From an uncultured bacterium (lineage in GTDB: Bacteria > Patescibacteriota > Microgenomatia > UBA1400 > CG1-02-47-37): a DNA stretch of 64,000 nucleotides. The stretch lies in NCBI GenBank assembly GCA_963980215.1, contig CAXBYZ010000001.1, forward strand, positions 7,370 to 71,369. The letters are read 5' to 3'. Positions within the stretch are counted from its first letter, which is position 1. Each line of letters opens with the position of its first letter. Below the pieces are notes generated by a model. The model had not been told where the DNA came from and did no database searches. It saw only the letters and a list, made by a program, of their open reading frames with translations. Made by a program: the position numbers and the translations under genes. Positions 46,467 through 57,047 of the stretch are shown here, piece after piece.

Positions 46467-47204
46467 CTAGGTTAGAATAACTGGGCCGTTTTTGGTGACG
46501 GCGACAGTGTGTTCAAACATGCCAGCTAGCTTACCGTCTTTGGTGGCAATTGTCCAACCGTCTTTTTTATCGGTGATGGTGTCGCTTGAACCTTGCATGT
46601 AGATAATTTCGATAGCTATGGTTAGCCCTTCTTCAATTACTGGAGTAGATTTGACGTCTTCCTCAAGGTAACAAGGAATCATGGGCTGGTGATGAAGAGT
46701 GGTGCTGATGCCATGGCCAGTTAAATTCCTAGCAACATTGTAGCCTTCTTTTTCAACAGTTTCTTGCATGGCTCTTGAGATGTGGCCAATGTGTTTGCCA
46801 ACTTTGGCTTGCTTGATAGCTAGATTTAAGGCTTTTTCTCCGGTTTCGAGAAATTTTTTCTTTTCTTGGTAGTCATCTGGTTTACCGATAATGAAAGTAA
46901 ATGAGGTGTCTGTGTGATAACCTTTAAAATAAATACCGACGTCTATAGAGACGACGTCCCCGTCTTTAATAACTTTGTCATCTGGAATGCCGTGAACTAA
47001 CCCAGAGTTTAAGTTTATACAAGTGGCCCAAGAGTAACCGGGAACCATGGCAAAGCTGGCTTGACCGCCGGCCTCTTTGATTAACTTTTGAGCTTCGGCT
47101 TCGATTTGGCTTAATTTCATCCCCACTTTAGTTGTTTGAATTAGGGTTTTTTTTATCTCTTTTAACTTAGCTCCACCGATGGCCATTATTTTGACTTTAT
47201 CCAT
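46467..47204 (-). CDS. map: methionine aminopeptidase
   Basis: Pita-bread fold metal ligands. Start taken at ATG 47204 (MDKVKIMAIG...). The track ORF start 47219 is a GTG inside the REP hairpin. Confidence 0.85.
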   Translation of the reverse strand: MDKVKIMAIGGAKLKEIKKTLIQTTKVGMKLSQIEAEAQKLIKEAGGQASFAMVPGYSWATCINLNSGLVHGIPDDKVIKDGDVVSIDVGIYFKGYHTDTSFTFIIGKPDDYQEKKKFLETGEKALNLAIKQAKVGKHIGHISRAMQETVEKEGYNVARNLTGHGISTTLHHQPMIPCYLEEDVKSTPVIEEGLTIAIEIIYMQGSSDTITDKKDGWTIATKDGKLAGMFEHTVAVTKNGPVILT

Positions 47205-47215
47205 AGTTACCTCTA

Positions 47216-47234
47216 TCACACCTTAGAGGTGTGA
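47216..47234. repeat. REP-like hairpin, family A
   Basis: TCACACCTTAGAGGTGTGA. Supplies the stop and HTSKV to cmk. Confidence 0.7.
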
Positions 47235-47938
47235 TTGATTAATTTGAGGTGGAGGAGTTTTTTGATGATTGCTTCTACAACTTGGTTGATTGTTAGTTTT
47301 GTGGTTTTTAGTAACCAAGCTCCTGGAACAATTTTAAGTGGATCTGCTTCTCTACCAGAATCTTGTTGGTCTCTTTTTTTTGTTTGTTTTAGAGTGGCTG
47401 GAAATGATTGTTTGGTTCCTTTTTTTGATAACTCAATGTGTCTACGTTTGGCTCTTGATTCAACTGAAGCTGTCATGAATATTTTAATGTCTGCCTTGGG
47501 AAGAACAACTGAAGTGATGTCCCTGCCCTCCATAACAACGCTTTGTTTTTTTGCCATTGTTTTTTGAAGATTGACCAAGTGTTTTCTTACCCTTGGAAGA
47601 GTAGCTACCGAAGAAGCTCCCCAACTGATTTTCTCTGATCGAAGTTCTTTGGTGACATCTTTGTTGTCTAACATAACAGTGCAGAAGCGACTGTTGTTTT
47701 TGGGTGGATAGAGCGAGATTTTTGATTTTTTTAGTAAAGGAATTAATTCTTTTTCATTGGTAAATTCAATTGAATTTCTTTGAGCTATTAGAGCGACTGT
47801 CCGATACATTGAACCGGTGTCGATGTAGGTAATGCTTAGTTGTTTAGATAGTAAGCGAGCGATGGTGCTTTTTCCCGCTCCAGCTGGACCGTCGATGGCA
47901 ATTTGAATATTCTTGGTAGGTTTATACTTTGGCTTCAT
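47216..47938 (-). CDS. cmk: cytidylate kinase
   Basis: IAIDGPAGAGKST P-loop and CMP-binding region. The C-terminal HTSKV and stop are REP-encoded. Confidence 0.8.
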   Translation of the reverse strand: MKPKYKPTKNIQIAIDGPAGAGKSTIARLLSKQLSITYIDTGSMYRTVALIAQRNSIEFTNEKELIPLLKKSKISLYPPKNNSRFCTVMLDNKDVTKELRSEKISWGASSVATLPRVRKHLVNLQKTMAKKQSVVMEGRDITSVVLPKADIKIFMTASVESRAKRRHIELSKKGTKQSFPATLKQTKKRDQQDSGREADPLKIVPGAWLLKTTKLTINQVVEAIIKKLLHLKLINHTSKV

Positions 47939-48503
47939 TTACTGTTTTCATAACATCTTGGTGAATGTCTTCTATGGACTGCTCGCCGTTGATGGTTTTT
48001 AGTAAACCTTCTTCTTTGTAGTACTTTAGAACATCGGCTTCTTGCCTGTGATAGATGTCTAGTCTTGATTTAACTTTTTGTTCGGAGTCGTGAAGAGAGC
48101 CATCTGGGCTTTTTCTGCCTCTTTTTAGCAATCTTTTGACTGACTCTTCATTGCTAACATCGAGGTGAAAAACAAAGTTAACTTTTTTGCCGTACTTGTC
48201 TAGTTTATCAGCTAAAAATAGAGCTTGGGTGTGGTTTCTGGGAAAACCGTCGATAACAAAACCGTCTTTGACGTCATCTTCTTTGAGTCGATATTTCCAG
48301 AGAACAAACATTTCTGAGTCAGCAACGTAGTGACCTAGAGTTAAACAATCTCGACAAACGTCGCCCATGATGCCTTGGTCTTCTTTGGCAAATTTTCTAA
48401 CTAGATCCCCTGAACCCAAGTAAGGAACGCCAATTTTTTCGGCTAACATCTTGGCTTGAGTGGATTTTCCTGAGCCTTCTGGCCCGTAAAAAATTATAAA
48501 CAT
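47922..48503 (-). CDS. adk: adenylate kinase
   Basis: MFIIFYGPEGSGKSTQAKML; LID region. Confidence 0.9.
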   Translation of the reverse strand: MFIIFYGPEGSGKSTQAKMLAEKIGVPYLGSGDLVRKFAKEDQGIMGDVCRDCLTLGHYVADSEMFVLWKYRLKEDDVKDGFVIDGFPRNHTQALFLADKLDKYGKKVNFVFHLDVSNEESVKRLLKRGRKSPDGSLHDSEQKVKSRLDIYHRQEADVLKYYKEEGLLKTINGEQSIEDIHQDVMKTVNEAKV

Positions 48504-48504
48504 T

Positions 48505-49779
48505 TTAGAGGAAACTTTCGTAGTTTCGCATAATTAATTGAGATTCAAAGTTTTTGCTGGTTTCTAGAATAACTGAGACGACGATGAGAATTCCAGTACC
48601 ACCGATAGTCATGGTGGTAATACCGGTGATGTATCTAGCAATAGATGGCAAGATAGCTATCAATCCCAAGAATAGAGCCCCGGCTAGAGTGATTCTATTA
48701 AGAACGTAAGACAGGTAGTCGGCAGTAGGTCGACCTGGCCTAATACCGGGAATAAAGCCTCCGTATTTTTTGATGTCTTCGGCAATTTTATCTGGATTAA
48801 AGGTAACGGCGGTGTAGAAGTAGGTAAAGGCAACTACTAGAAATAAATAAATAATGTGGTAGGGAGCTTTATTGGGGTCAAATAGATCGGTAACTTTAGT
48901 GGCAAAGGAGGCAACGGCTGGGTTGCTAACCCCTGATAAAAATCTACCAACTACTGATGGCATGAGGACTAGAGAAACTGCAAAGATTATAGGAATAACT
49001 CCAGCTTGATTGACTCTTAGAGGTAAGTGAGTTGATTGACCTGGCTGAGTACGACCAGAAACTCTTCTGGCATAGCGAACCTTGATTTGACGAGTGGCTT
49101 CGTTGACGTAGATGATGCCGGAGATAACTAATAAACTTAGGGCAGCAAAAGTGATGATACCAACAAAGTTTAGAGTTTGACTAATTGAAGAGGTTTGGAG
49201 AAGAGAAACAGGGAGACGACCAACGATACCTGCAAAGATAAGTAGAGAGATACCGTTGCCGATACCGTACTCTGTTAGTAACTCCCCGAGCCACATTAGC
49301 AAGACTGTGCCGGCAACCATGGTGACAACGGTGCTAACTGCAAAGAGTGGGTTTGAGATAGAGATAATCTGTTGGTTTTTTAGGAGAGCGACCATGCCAA
49401 TACTTTGAAGTGTGGCTAGGGGAATGGATAATAATCTAGTCCATTGGTTGATTTTTTCTCGACCATACTCGCCTTCTTTGCTGATCTCTTCTAGTTTGGG
49501 GAAGATGATGGTGAGCAGATTAAAGACGATTGAGGCATTAATGTAGGGACCTAAACCTAGAGCCATGATAGAGAAGTTGGCTAGGGTGCCCCCTGAAAAA
49601 ATGTCTAGAAGTCCTAGTAGTTGGTTTGAACCAAAAAGTTGTTTTAAGGCGTTGACATCAACACCTGGAACTGGAATGTGAGCAACAAAACGAAAAATGA
49701 CAAAGATAAAAAATGTTATTAATATCTTTTTTCTTAAATCTTTTATTTTAAATATATTTAAGATTGGTTTTAAGTTCAT
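48505..49779 (-). CDS. secY: preprotein translocase subunit SecY
   Basis: 10-TM SecY; full-length similarity. Confidence 0.92.
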   Translation of the reverse strand: MNLKPILNIFKIKDLRKKILITFFIFVIFRFVAHIPVPGVDVNALKQLFGSNQLLGLLDIFSGGTLANFSIMALGLGPYINASIVFNLLTIIFPKLEEISKEGEYGREKINQWTRLLSIPLATLQSIGMVALLKNQQIISISNPLFAVSTVVTMVAGTVLLMWLGELLTEYGIGNGISLLIFAGIVGRLPVSLLQTSSISQTLNFVGIITFAALSLLVISGIIYVNEATRQIKVRYARRVSGRTQPGQSTHLPLRVNQAGVIPIIFAVSLVLMPSVVGRFLSGVSNPAVASFATKVTDLFDPNKAPYHIIYLFLVVAFTYFYTAVTFNPDKIAEDIKKYGGFIPGIRPGRPTADYLSYVLNRITLAGALFLGLIAILPSIARYITGITTMTIGGTGILIVVSVILETSKNFESQLIMRNYESFL

Positions 49780-50291
49780 TTAGTCTTAGGAGCAGCTTTT
49801 TTTGGTTTAGCTACTTTTTTAGTGGCTGGTTTTGTTTTTGGTTTGGCCTCAACTACTTTTCCACCGGCCTTTTTTATTTTAACAGCTGCGGCTTTAGAAA
49901 CTGGTAGCTTGATGGTTAAGGCTACTTTTAGGTCTCCGTCTCCTAAAACTTTCACTTTTAAGTCTTTGGCACTGGCTGGTAGAACCTTGTTTTTGATTAA
50001 AGTATCTACTGAAACTGTAGCCCCTTTCTTAAAACTTTCAAGATGTTTTAGGTTGATGATTAAGGGTTTGACCCCAACTGGTTTGTTTTTTAGTTTTCCA
50101 CGTAACATAGGAACTCTCCTTATTAATGTTTTTCTCATTGGCGCACCTTCAAAGTAGAGTGGGACTTTGCTTCTGGCCTTTTGACCTTTGGCTCCACGAC
50201 CGGAGGTGTGACCACCTTTGCCGGATCCATAACCACGACCAACTCTTTTTTTTGGTTTGTCTTTGATTTTTGTAAGTGTGTTTAGTGTCAT
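49776..50291 (-). CDS. rplO: 50S ribosomal protein L15 with Lys/Ala-rich C-terminal tail
   Basis: [24 protein letters not shown]. No L30 gene between rpsE and rplO. Confidence 0.92.
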   Translation of the reverse strand: MTLNTLTKIKDKPKKRVGRGYGSGKGGHTSGRGAKGQKARSKVPLYFEGAPMRKTLIRRVPMLRGKLKNKPVGVKPLIINLKHLESFKKGATVSVDTLIKNKVLPASAKDLKVKVLGDGDLKVALTIKLPVSKAAAVKIKKAGGKVVEAKPKTKPATKKVAKPKKAAPKTK

Positions 50292-50794
50292 TTTGTCTCC
50301 TTTTGGAGTTTAGTGTAGTTTTGAAGTTGTTTTAGAGCTTTGATAGTACAGTAGACGTTTGAAGCTTTGTTTCTGGTTCCAAGAACTTTGCTGGAGATGT
50401 TTTTGACTCCAGCGGCCTCCATAACTGATCTAACTGCTCCACCAGCAATAATACCACTACCTTTTGGAGCTGGTTTAAGCATGACTTTGGCGGCACCAAA
50501 TTTTACCAAAACATCGTAAGGAATGGTGTCTTTTTTCATGGGAACGGTGATGAGGTTTTTCTTGGCTTTTCTGATTCCTTTTTTGATTGAGGAAAGAACA
50601 TCTGGGGCTTTTCCTAGACCGACACCGACGCGACCCTTTTTGTCTCCAACCACCATTAGGACTGAGAAGCCGATTTGGTTGCCGCCTTTGGTTTTTTTGG
50701 AGACACGACTGACTTGAATGACTTTCTCGTCGAATTCTTTGTCTTGTTGGTATCTACCTTGATTTCTATTGTTGTTTTTTGGTGGTTGATTCAT
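50288..50794 (-). CDS. rpsE: 30S ribosomal protein S5
   Basis: Full-length similarity. Confidence 0.92.
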   Translation of the reverse strand: MNQPPKNNNRNQGRYQQDKEFDEKVIQVSRVSKKTKGGNQIGFSVLMVVGDKKGRVGVGLGKAPDVLSSIKKGIRKAKKNLITVPMKKDTIPYDVLVKFGAAKVMLKPAPKGSGIIAGGAVRSVMEAAGVKNISSKVLGTRNKASNVYCTIKALKQLQNYTKLQKETK

Positions 50795-50796
50795 AT

Positions 50797-51147
50797 TTAT
50801 ATTTTTAGACCAGCTTTTCTGGCTGCATCTGCTAGAGCTTTGACTCGGCCGTGGTACTTGTAGGGACCACGATCGAAAACTACTTGTTTAATTTTTTTAA
50901 GTTTGGCTTTTTTGGCGATAGCTTCACCCAAAGCAATAGCTTGGTCTAGCTTGGTTTTGGCTTTGGTGTCTAGTTTTTTGGTAGTAGCTGAAACTAGAGT
51001 AACTCCTTTGGTGTCGTCTATGATTTGAGCTGAAGTGTATTTATTTGACCTAAAGACAGTTAGTCTTGGCCTATCCTTGCTTGTGGTTAAGCTTGCTCTA
51101 GTTCTGATTTGTCTTTTGGTTTTTTTGTTTTTGTATCTATTGATCAT
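50797..51147 (-). CDS. rplR: 50S ribosomal protein L18
   Basis: Full-length similarity. Confidence 0.92.
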   Translation of the reverse strand: MINRYKNKKTKRQIRTRASLTTSKDRPRLTVFRSNKYTSAQIIDDTKGVTLVSATTKKLDTKAKTKLDQAIALGEAIAKKAKLKKIKQVVFDRGPYKYHGRVKALADAARKAGLKI

Positions 51148-51149
51148 GT

Positions 51150-51698
51150 TTATGCTTCGGCTGCTTTGGCGGCTTTACCTGGTTTTAATTTAACAACTTC
51201 GCCTTGATACCTAACACCCTTACCTTTGTAAGAGTCGGGTTTTTTAAATTCTCTAATTTTGGCGGCTACTTGACCAACTAACTGTTTATCTGCCCCGGAG
51301 ACAACGATAGTTTTGTTGTCTTTGACTTCGACTTTGATTGATTCTGGTGCCTGGTAAACAACTGGGTGAGAAAACCCGAGAGAAAGTTCGATGGCTTTAC
51401 CCTTGGCTTCGACTCTAAAACCGGTGCCTTCTAGCTCTAGAGTTTTGGAGTAGCCTTTGGTAACACCTTCAACCATGTTGAAAAGAAGACTTCTGACTAG
51501 ACCGTGATAGGCTTTGGTTTGGTTTGAAGTAGTGGTAGTGGTAACTGTAGCTAGCTTATCTTTGACTTCAATGGCTATACCCTCAGGGATTTTTTGAGTA
51601 AGAGAAATGCCCTTGGAAGAGACTTTCATCTGATTGTCTTTTACCTCTAGAGTAACTTCTTCTGGGATGGTGACTGGTTGTTTTCCGATTCTAGACAT
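51150..51698 (-). CDS. rplF: 50S ribosomal protein L6
   Basis: Full-length similarity. Confidence 0.92.
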   Translation of the reverse strand: MSRIGKQPVTIPEEVTLEVKDNQMKVSSKGISLTQKIPEGIAIEVKDKLATVTTTTTSNQTKAYHGLVRSLLFNMVEGVTKGYSKTLELEGTGFRVEAKGKAIELSLGFSHPVVYQAPESIKVEVKDNKTIVVSGADKQLVGQVAAKIREFKKPDSYKGKGVRYQGEVVKLKPGKAAKAAEA

Positions 51699-51700
51699 AT

Positions 51701-52093
51701 TTAGCTAACTTTGAGAAGAACTTCTCCTCCTAAATTTTTTTCTTGAGCTTGACGAGCACCCATAACGCCTTTTGAAGTAGAGATAATGACATAGCCTCGA
51801 CCCCTCATGTACTTGGCTAACTCTTTGACGGTGGCGTAAGTTCTGACACCTGGCTTTGAGATTCTTTTTAGTTGGCCTATGGCTGGCATTCTATCTTTGT
51901 ACTTGAGGGTAAGTTTTAAGGTTTTTAAGGGGACTTTGCCTTCAACTGAGTAGTCTTTGATGTAGCCTTTATTCTTGAGAATTCTAACTATGTCTTCTTT
52001 TAAGATAGAGTGAGGGATAGAAACGGTTTTGTGGTTAACTGATTTGGCGTTTCTAATTCTGGTGAGTAAGTCTGCAATAGGGTCTGATAGCAT
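51701..52093 (-). CDS. rpsH: 30S ribosomal protein S8
   Basis: Full-length similarity. Confidence 0.92.
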   Translation of the reverse strand: MLSDPIADLLTRIRNAKSVNHKTVSIPHSILKEDIVRILKNKGYIKDYSVEGKVPLKTLKLTLKYKDRMPAIGQLKRISKPGVRTYATVKELAKYMRGRGYVIISTSKGVMGARQAQEKNLGGEVLLKVS

Positions 52094-52102
52094 ATATATA
52101 GT

Positions 52103-52288
52103 TTACCAACTGGCTTTGGTAACTCCTGGTAATTCTCCGTTTTGGGCTAGTTTTCTAAAGCAAAGTCTGCAGATGCCAAAGAGTCTAATAAAAGCTCTTG
52201 GACGACCACAGAGTTGGCAACGATTTTTTTGCCTGGAGCTGTATTTTGGTTTTCTGGCTTGTTTTGCAAAGTATTTTATTTTTGCCAT
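52103..52288 (-). CDS. rpsZ: 30S ribosomal protein S14, zinc-binding type Z
   Basis: 61 aa with CxxC...CxxC. Confidence 0.9.
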   Translation of the reverse strand: MAKIKYFAKQARKPKYSSRQKNRCQLCGRPRAFIRLFGICRLCFRKLAQNGELPGVTKASW

Positions 52289-52319
52289 AGTTTGTTAGGT
52301 TAAAGTTCAAAACTTTATG

Positions 52320-52874
52320 TTATTTTTTTGTCTCCAATTTTTCAAAAGGCATACCGAGGAGTTCTAGTAATCTTAAGGCCAGTTTGTTTTCACCAGCTGA
52401 AGTCACAAAGTTTATTTGTAATCCACGGACAGCGTCGATTGTATCATAATCTACCTCATGAAAAACAGTCTGTTCTTTTAAACCGATGGAGTAGTTGCCC
52501 CGACCGTCGAAAGATTTCCTGGCAACTCCTTGAAAGTCCCTTACTCTTGGGAGAACAATGGAGACAAATTTGTCGAAAAATTCGTACATTCTTTCGTTTC
52601 TTAGAGTAACCATGACGCCGATTGGGTCGTTTTTTCTAATTTTAAAGGCGGCTTCGGCAACACGAGCTCGGGTGATGATGGCTTTTTGACCGGCAATAAG
52701 GCTGATGTAGTCGGAAACTTTTTTGACTACGCCTTTGTCTCCAGCGCCCTCTTTGAGCCCAACGTTGATAATAATTTTTTGTAACTTGGGGACAGCTAGG
52801 TCGTTACCGAGCTTAAACTCTTCTTTTAGAGTTTTTAGGATTTCTGTTTGGTATTTTTCTTTTAGTCTATTCAT
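52320..52874 (-). CDS. rplE: 50S ribosomal protein L5
   Basis: Full-length similarity. Confidence 0.92.
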   Translation of the reverse strand: MNRLKEKYQTEILKTLKEEFKLGNDLAVPKLQKIIINVGLKEGAGDKGVVKKVSDYISLIAGQKAIITRARVAEAAFKIRKNDPIGVMVTLRNERMYEFFDKFVSIVLPRVRDFQGVARKSFDGRGNYSIGLKEQTVFHEVDYDTIDAVRGLQINFVTSAGENKLALRLLELLGMPFEKLETKK

Positions 52875-52903
52875 AGTTAATTATAAGGTTAAAGTTCGTA
52901 ACC

Positions 52904-53209
52904 TTATATTATTTTTAAGCATTTTTTACAGATTCTAACTTTCTTTTTGCCAACACCCTGGTAACCAACTCTGGTGATTTTTTTGCATTTGGGACATATT
53001 AAAGCTACTTTGGAGACGTACATTGGCTTGGTGATATCTACAATACCGCCTGGCTGAGACTCTCCTTGTGACTTTATGTGTTTTTTGTACATGTTGATGC
53101 CGTTAACTAAAACCATGTTTTTTCGTGGAAAAACTTTTTCGATTTTTCCAGTTTTACCATTGTCTTTACCTAGAGTAACTTTGACGGTGTCGTTGATTTT
53201 TAATTTCAT
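52904..53209 (-). CDS. rplX: 50S ribosomal protein L24 with C-terminal zinc-ribbon (CPKC...CKKC)
   Basis: KOW motif N-half; C4 ribbon extension. Confidence 0.9.
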   Translation of the reverse strand: MKLKINDTVKVTLGKDNGKTGKIEKVFPRKNMVLVNGINMYKKHIKSQGESQPGGIVDITKPMYVSKVALICPKCKKITRVGYQGVGKKKVRICKKCLKII

Positions 53210-53580
53210 AGTACCTCTGGTGCTTGGGAGGCAATTTTGTTGTACCCAAGTTCTTTAATTTCTCGAGCAATGGGACCAAAAATTCTGGTGCCTTTTGGCT
53301 CTTTATTTTTGACGTTTTCTAGAATAACGGCGGCGTTGTCGTCGAAACGAACGAATGAGCCGTCTTTTCTACCGGTTTCTTTTCTGGTGCGAACAATAAC
53401 AGCTTTAACAACCTCACCGGCTTTAACCTGAGCGTGAGGGTGAGCTTGGATAACGGCGGCGGTGATGATGTCTCCGATGTGACCGAAACGTTTCCTTGAA
53501 CCACCGTGCACTAGAATAGTTCTTAGTTTTTTACCTCCAGAGTTATCAGCTACCTTTAGGGTTGATCTTAGTTGAATCAT
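53206..53580 (-). CDS. rplN: 50S ribosomal protein L14
   Basis: Start at ATG 53580 ([18 protein letters not shown]); the track ORF is extended upstream into rpsQ. Confidence 0.92.
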   Translation of the reverse strand: MIQLRSTLKVADNSGGKKLRTILVHGGSRKRFGHIGDIITAAVIQAHPHAQVKAGEVVKAVIVRTRKETGRKDGSFVRFDDNAAVILENVKNKEPKGTRIFGPIAREIKELGYNKIASQAPEVL

Positions 53581-53807
53581 ACTTTGCTCTCCACTTGCCA
53601 ACGCTTTTTCTTGCTGATTGGCTTAGTTTCCTGAATGATGACTTTGTCTCCTGGTTTTAAGTCGAATTTCTCGTTGTGGACTAGGTAGTTTCTTCTTTTG
53701 CTGATAGTTTTTTTGTAGACAGGGTGGGTCCATCTACGGACGACTTGAACCTTGGCTGATTTTTCCATCTTGGCACTGATAACGATAGCGGTTAGTTGTT
53801 TTTTCAT
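53577..53807 (-). CDS. rpsQ: 30S ribosomal protein S17
   Basis: Full-length similarity; ATGA overlap with rplN. Confidence 0.92.
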   Translation of the reverse strand: MKKQLTAIVISAKMEKSAKVQVVRRWTHPVYKKTISKRRNYLVHNEKFDLKPGDKVIIQETKPISKKKRWQVESKV

Positions 53808-53809
53808 AT

Positions 53810-54007
53810 TTATTTAGCCTTAGATTGGATAATTGTTTTGATAAGAGCAATTTGATATCTAGTTTTTTTAATAAGAGAGGTGTCTTTTAGGGAACCTGTC
53901 TTTAACTTTAATTTTTGATCAATTAAATCTTTTTTGGATTTAATTAAATCTTGGTTTAGTTCTTTGGTGGTTTTAGCTTGAAAAGCTTTTTTGTCTTTTG
54001 ATTTCAT
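53810..54007 (-). CDS. rpmC: 50S ribosomal protein L29
   Basis: 65 aa; assigned by its position between rpsQ and rplP in the conserved operon order. Confidence 0.9.
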   Translation of the reverse strand: MKSKDKKAFQAKTTKELNQDLIKSKKDLIDQKLKLKTGSLKDTSLIKKTRYQIALIKTIIQSKAK

Positions 54008-54008
54008 G

Positions 54009-54416
54009 TTAAATTCTTTTTACAAATCTAGTTTTCATAGGTAGTTTTTGGGTAGCTAGTCTGAATGACTCTCTGGCAATACTTTCCTCTACTCCGGCTA
54101 ACTCAAATATAACTCGACCTGGCTTGATAACACAAACGTAACCCTCTATCTCCCCCTTACCGTTACCCATGCGAACACCGGCACCTTTTTTGGTGTAGGT
54201 TTTGTCTGGAAAGACTCGAATCCATAGCTTGCCAGCTCTTTTGGTGTGGTGAGTAATGGTTTTTCTGGCGGCTTCTATCTGTCTGTTGGTCATCCAGCCT
54301 CTATCCATGGCTTTTAGGCCATACTCGCCAAAAGATACTTTTGAGCCAACGTTAGCGTTTCCGTTCATAGAACCTCTAAAGTGCTTGCGGTATTTCATTC
54401 TTTTTGGTTGTAGCAT
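54009..54416 (-). CDS. rplP: 50S ribosomal protein L16
   Basis: Full-length similarity. Confidence 0.92.
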   Translation of the reverse strand: MLQPKRMKYRKHFRGSMNGNANVGSKVSFGEYGLKAMDRGWMTNRQIEAARKTITHHTKRAGKLWIRVFPDKTYTKKGAGVRMGNGKGEIEGYVCVIKPGRVIFELAGVEESIARESFRLATQKLPMKTRFVKRI

Positions 54417-54437
54417 AATTAAGTTCGTAACCTTAGG

Positions 54438-55094
54438 TTATTTTAAGTCTTTTTCTCCTTTGTATACCCAGACCTTGATACCAACGTAGCCAAATTTGGT
54501 TAGAACTGGGTTCTCGAAGTAATCAATATCTGATCTAATGGTGCTTAGGGGAACGCTGCCCTGTGAGTATTTTTCGGTTCGACTAATTTCGGCGCCATTG
54601 ATACGACCGGCTAGAACAATCTTGACACCCTTGGCACCGGAAGTCATAGCTCTTTCTAGGGCTTGGGAGATAGCTCTTCGGTGAGGGTAGCGCTTGAGGA
54701 TTTGGTCGGCAATTCTTAGGCCAATTAATCTGGCGGAGATGTCTGGTTTTTTAACCTCTACAACTTCTAGTTCGAACTTTGGAGCTTTGCCGTCTTTTTT
54801 GTTAAAGTCTAGTTTTTTGGAAATAATCTTTTTTAGTTCCTCGATGCCTGAGCCACCGCGACCAATAACCACACCTGGCCTGGAGACGTGAAGAATAAAT
54901 TTAATGGTATTAATAGAACGTTCTATTTTGACATCGGTGATACCGGCTAAAGCAAGTTTTTCAAACAAGAACTTTCTTAGTTGAAGGTCTTGAATTAAGA
55001 ATTTTCTGTAGTCTGATTTGGTAGCAAACCAGTTACTTGACCAAGTGTATAGTGGTCCGATTCTAAATGATTTTGGATTTACTTTTTGTCCCAT
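54438..55094 (-). CDS. rpsC: 30S ribosomal protein S3
   Basis: KH domain plus S3-C domain. Confidence 0.92.
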   Translation of the reverse strand: MGQKVNPKSFRIGPLYTWSSNWFATKSDYRKFLIQDLQLRKFLFEKLALAGITDVKIERSINTIKFILHVSRPGVVIGRGGSGIEELKKIISKKLDFNKKDGKAPKFELEVVEVKKPDISARLIGLRIADQILKRYPHRRAISQALERAMTSGAKGVKIVLAGRINGAEISRTEKYSQGSVPLSTIRSDIDYFENPVLTKFGYVGIKVWVYKGEKDLK

Positions 55095-55095
55095 A

Positions 55096-55518
55096 TTACT
55101 CGCCTCGCTTTTGCTTCATCGAAGCAGATTTTTTCTTAGTAGCAACTTTTTTTGCTGATTTTTTGGTGGTTGGCTTTGGTTTTTCTTCTTGGCTTTTTAG
55201 TATAACTTTGATGTGGCTGGTTCTCTTTAGTATTGAATGGGCACGACCACGAGAAACTGGATTCCAGCGCTTGTAGGTAGAGCCTTCGTTGATTTCAATT
55301 GATTGAATTTTGAGTGAGTCTTTGGGTAAGTTTAGGTTGTTGACTGCGTTGGCAACCGCTTGTTTTAGGGTTTTTAATAGAGGAGTGGAAGCTCTTTTTC
55401 TTAAGTGAGTTAGAGTAGTTAAGGCTTCGTTTAAGCTCATGTTTCTAACTAGATTAGCAACTAATCTAATTTTTCTTGGGCTAGTTCTGATGAATTTTGA
55501 TTCTGCTTTGATTAACAT
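55096..55518 (-). CDS. rplV: 50S ribosomal protein L22
   Basis: Start at ATG 55518 (MLIKAESKFIRTSPRK); the track ORF is extended into rpsS. Confidence 0.9.
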   Translation of the reverse strand: MLIKAESKFIRTSPRKIRLVANLVRNMSLNEALTTLTHLRKRASTPLLKTLKQAVANAVNNLNLPKDSLKIQSIEINEGSTYKRWNPVSRGRAHSILKRTSHIKVILKSQEEKPKPTTKKSAKKVATKKKSASMKQKRGE

Positions 55519-55522
55519 AAGA

Positions 55523-55807
55523 TTAGGTTTTAGTAATAGTTCTCTTAACCATTTTTCCGTGACCTCTAAAGGTTCTGGTGGGGGCAAACTCCCCTAATCG
55601 ATGGCCAACCATGGATTCGTTGACGAAAACTTCTATAAATTTATTGCCGTTGTGAACAAGAAAAGTGTGGCTAACAAATTCTGGCGAGATTTGACTTGAA
55701 CGAGACCAGGTTTTGATTGGCTCTTTTTTGCCCTCGGCTTTCATTTTGTCGATCTTTTTTGATAATCTTGGATCGACGTATGGTCCTTTTTTGTTTGATC
55801 TAGACAT
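55523..55807 (-). CDS. rpsS: 30S ribosomal protein S19
   Basis: Full-length similarity. Confidence 0.92.
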   Translation of the reverse strand: MSRSNKKGPYVDPRLSKKIDKMKAEGKKEPIKTWSRSSQISPEFVSHTFLVHNGNKFIEVFVNESMVGHRLGEFAPTRTFRGHGKMVKRTITKT

Positions 55808-56634
55808 TACTTTCTCCTGTCTTTGATAATAAATTTGGTTGAGTATTTCCTTGGTTTTCTGGTTTTCTTACCAAGAGTCTTTTTACCCCAAGGGCTTAAA
55901 GGGGATGGCATACCAATACCACTACGACCCTCACCGCCACCGTGTGGGTGTGAGCCGGGGTGTTGAGCAGTACCACGAACAGTTGGCCTGACTCCCAGGT
56001 GTCGTTTTCTTCCGGCTTTACCAAGTTTTATGTTCTTTACATCTTGGTTTCCAACCTCGCCGATTGTAGCATAACACTCCAAAGAAATTAAACGGACTTC
56101 TCCAGACGGAAGTTTGACGATGGCTTTTTTGTCTTTTCCTTGAAGAGTAGCGGCGGTACCTGCTGATCTAACCATCTGGCCACCTTTTCCTGGGGTGATT
56201 TCAAGATTGTGGATTAAACTACCAACCGGGATTGATCTTAATGGACAGGCGTTTCCGGGTTTGATTGGAGCTTTTTCACCGGAAATGATTGGTTGGTTTA
56301 CTTTTAATCCTTTGGGGGCAAGAATGTATCTTTTGGCCCCATCGATGTAGTGAAGAAGGGCAATGTTGGCACTTCTGTTTGGATCGTACTCGATGGTAGC
56401 GACTTTGGCGACGATGTCTCTTTTGTCTCTTTTAAAGTCGATAAGACGATATTGTCTTTTGTGGCGACCACCGTGATGACGAACAGAAATTTTACCTGAA
56501 CTGTCTCGGCCAGCCTTGTACTTGATAACCTTGGTGAGGCTTTTTTCTGGTTTGGTGGTGGTGATTTCATCGAAAGTAATGTCTCTTCGATGCCTTCGAC
56601 CCGGGGTGGTGGGTTTGTATGTTCTAATTGCCAT
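55807..56634 (-). CDS. rplB: 50S ribosomal protein L2
   Basis: Full-length similarity. Confidence 0.93.
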   Translation of the reverse strand: MAIRTYKPTTPGRRHRRDITFDEITTTKPEKSLTKVIKYKAGRDSSGKISVRHHGGRHKRQYRLIDFKRDKRDIVAKVATIEYDPNRSANIALLHYIDGAKRYILAPKGLKVNQPIISGEKAPIKPGNACPLRSIPVGSLIHNLEITPGKGGQMVRSAGTAATLQGKDKKAIVKLPSGEVRLISLECYATIGEVGNQDVKNIKLGKAGRKRHLGVRPTVRGTAQHPGSHPHGGGEGRSGIGMPSPLSPWGKKTLGKKTRKPRKYSTKFIIKDRRK

Positions 56635-56636
56635 AT

Positions 56637-57047
56637 TTATTTATCTTGAGTCCTTTTTTCTTGTCTTTTACCTAAACCTAGTAAGCCTCTCTTTTTTGGG
56701 GCAGATTTTGGAGTGGGTTTAGCGGTTTTGGTGATAGATTTTTTTTGGGTTGATTTTTCTTCTGGAAGCTTGAAGTACTCGATCATTTGACCTGTTTTTA
56801 GAGTGACGATGGCCTTTTTTTGATCGGCGGTTCTTTTTGATATTCTGCTTTTGCCTGATCTTTTAACTTTGCCGGCTTTTTTGACAGTTTTAACCATAAT
56901 CACATCTACTTTGAAAAGCTCTTCAATAGCCTGGGCAATAGCTGGCTTAGTAGCAGTTTTTTTAACAAAAAAGGTAAACTGGCTGTTTTGAGCTAGTTGG
57001 AATGATTTTTCGGTGATTGATGGTCTTAGAATGATATCAAGAGACAT
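56637..57047 (-). CDS. rplW: 50S ribosomal protein L23 with basic C-terminal extension
   Basis: L23 core over the first ~95 aa plus a Lys-rich tail. Confidence 0.9.
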   Translation of the reverse strand: MSLDIILRPSITEKSFQLAQNSQFTFFVKKTATKPAIAQAIEELFKVDVIMVKTVKKAGKVKRSGKSRISKRTADQKKAIVTLKTGQMIEYFKLPEEKSTQKKSITKTAKPTPKSAPKKRGLLGLGKRQEKRTQDK

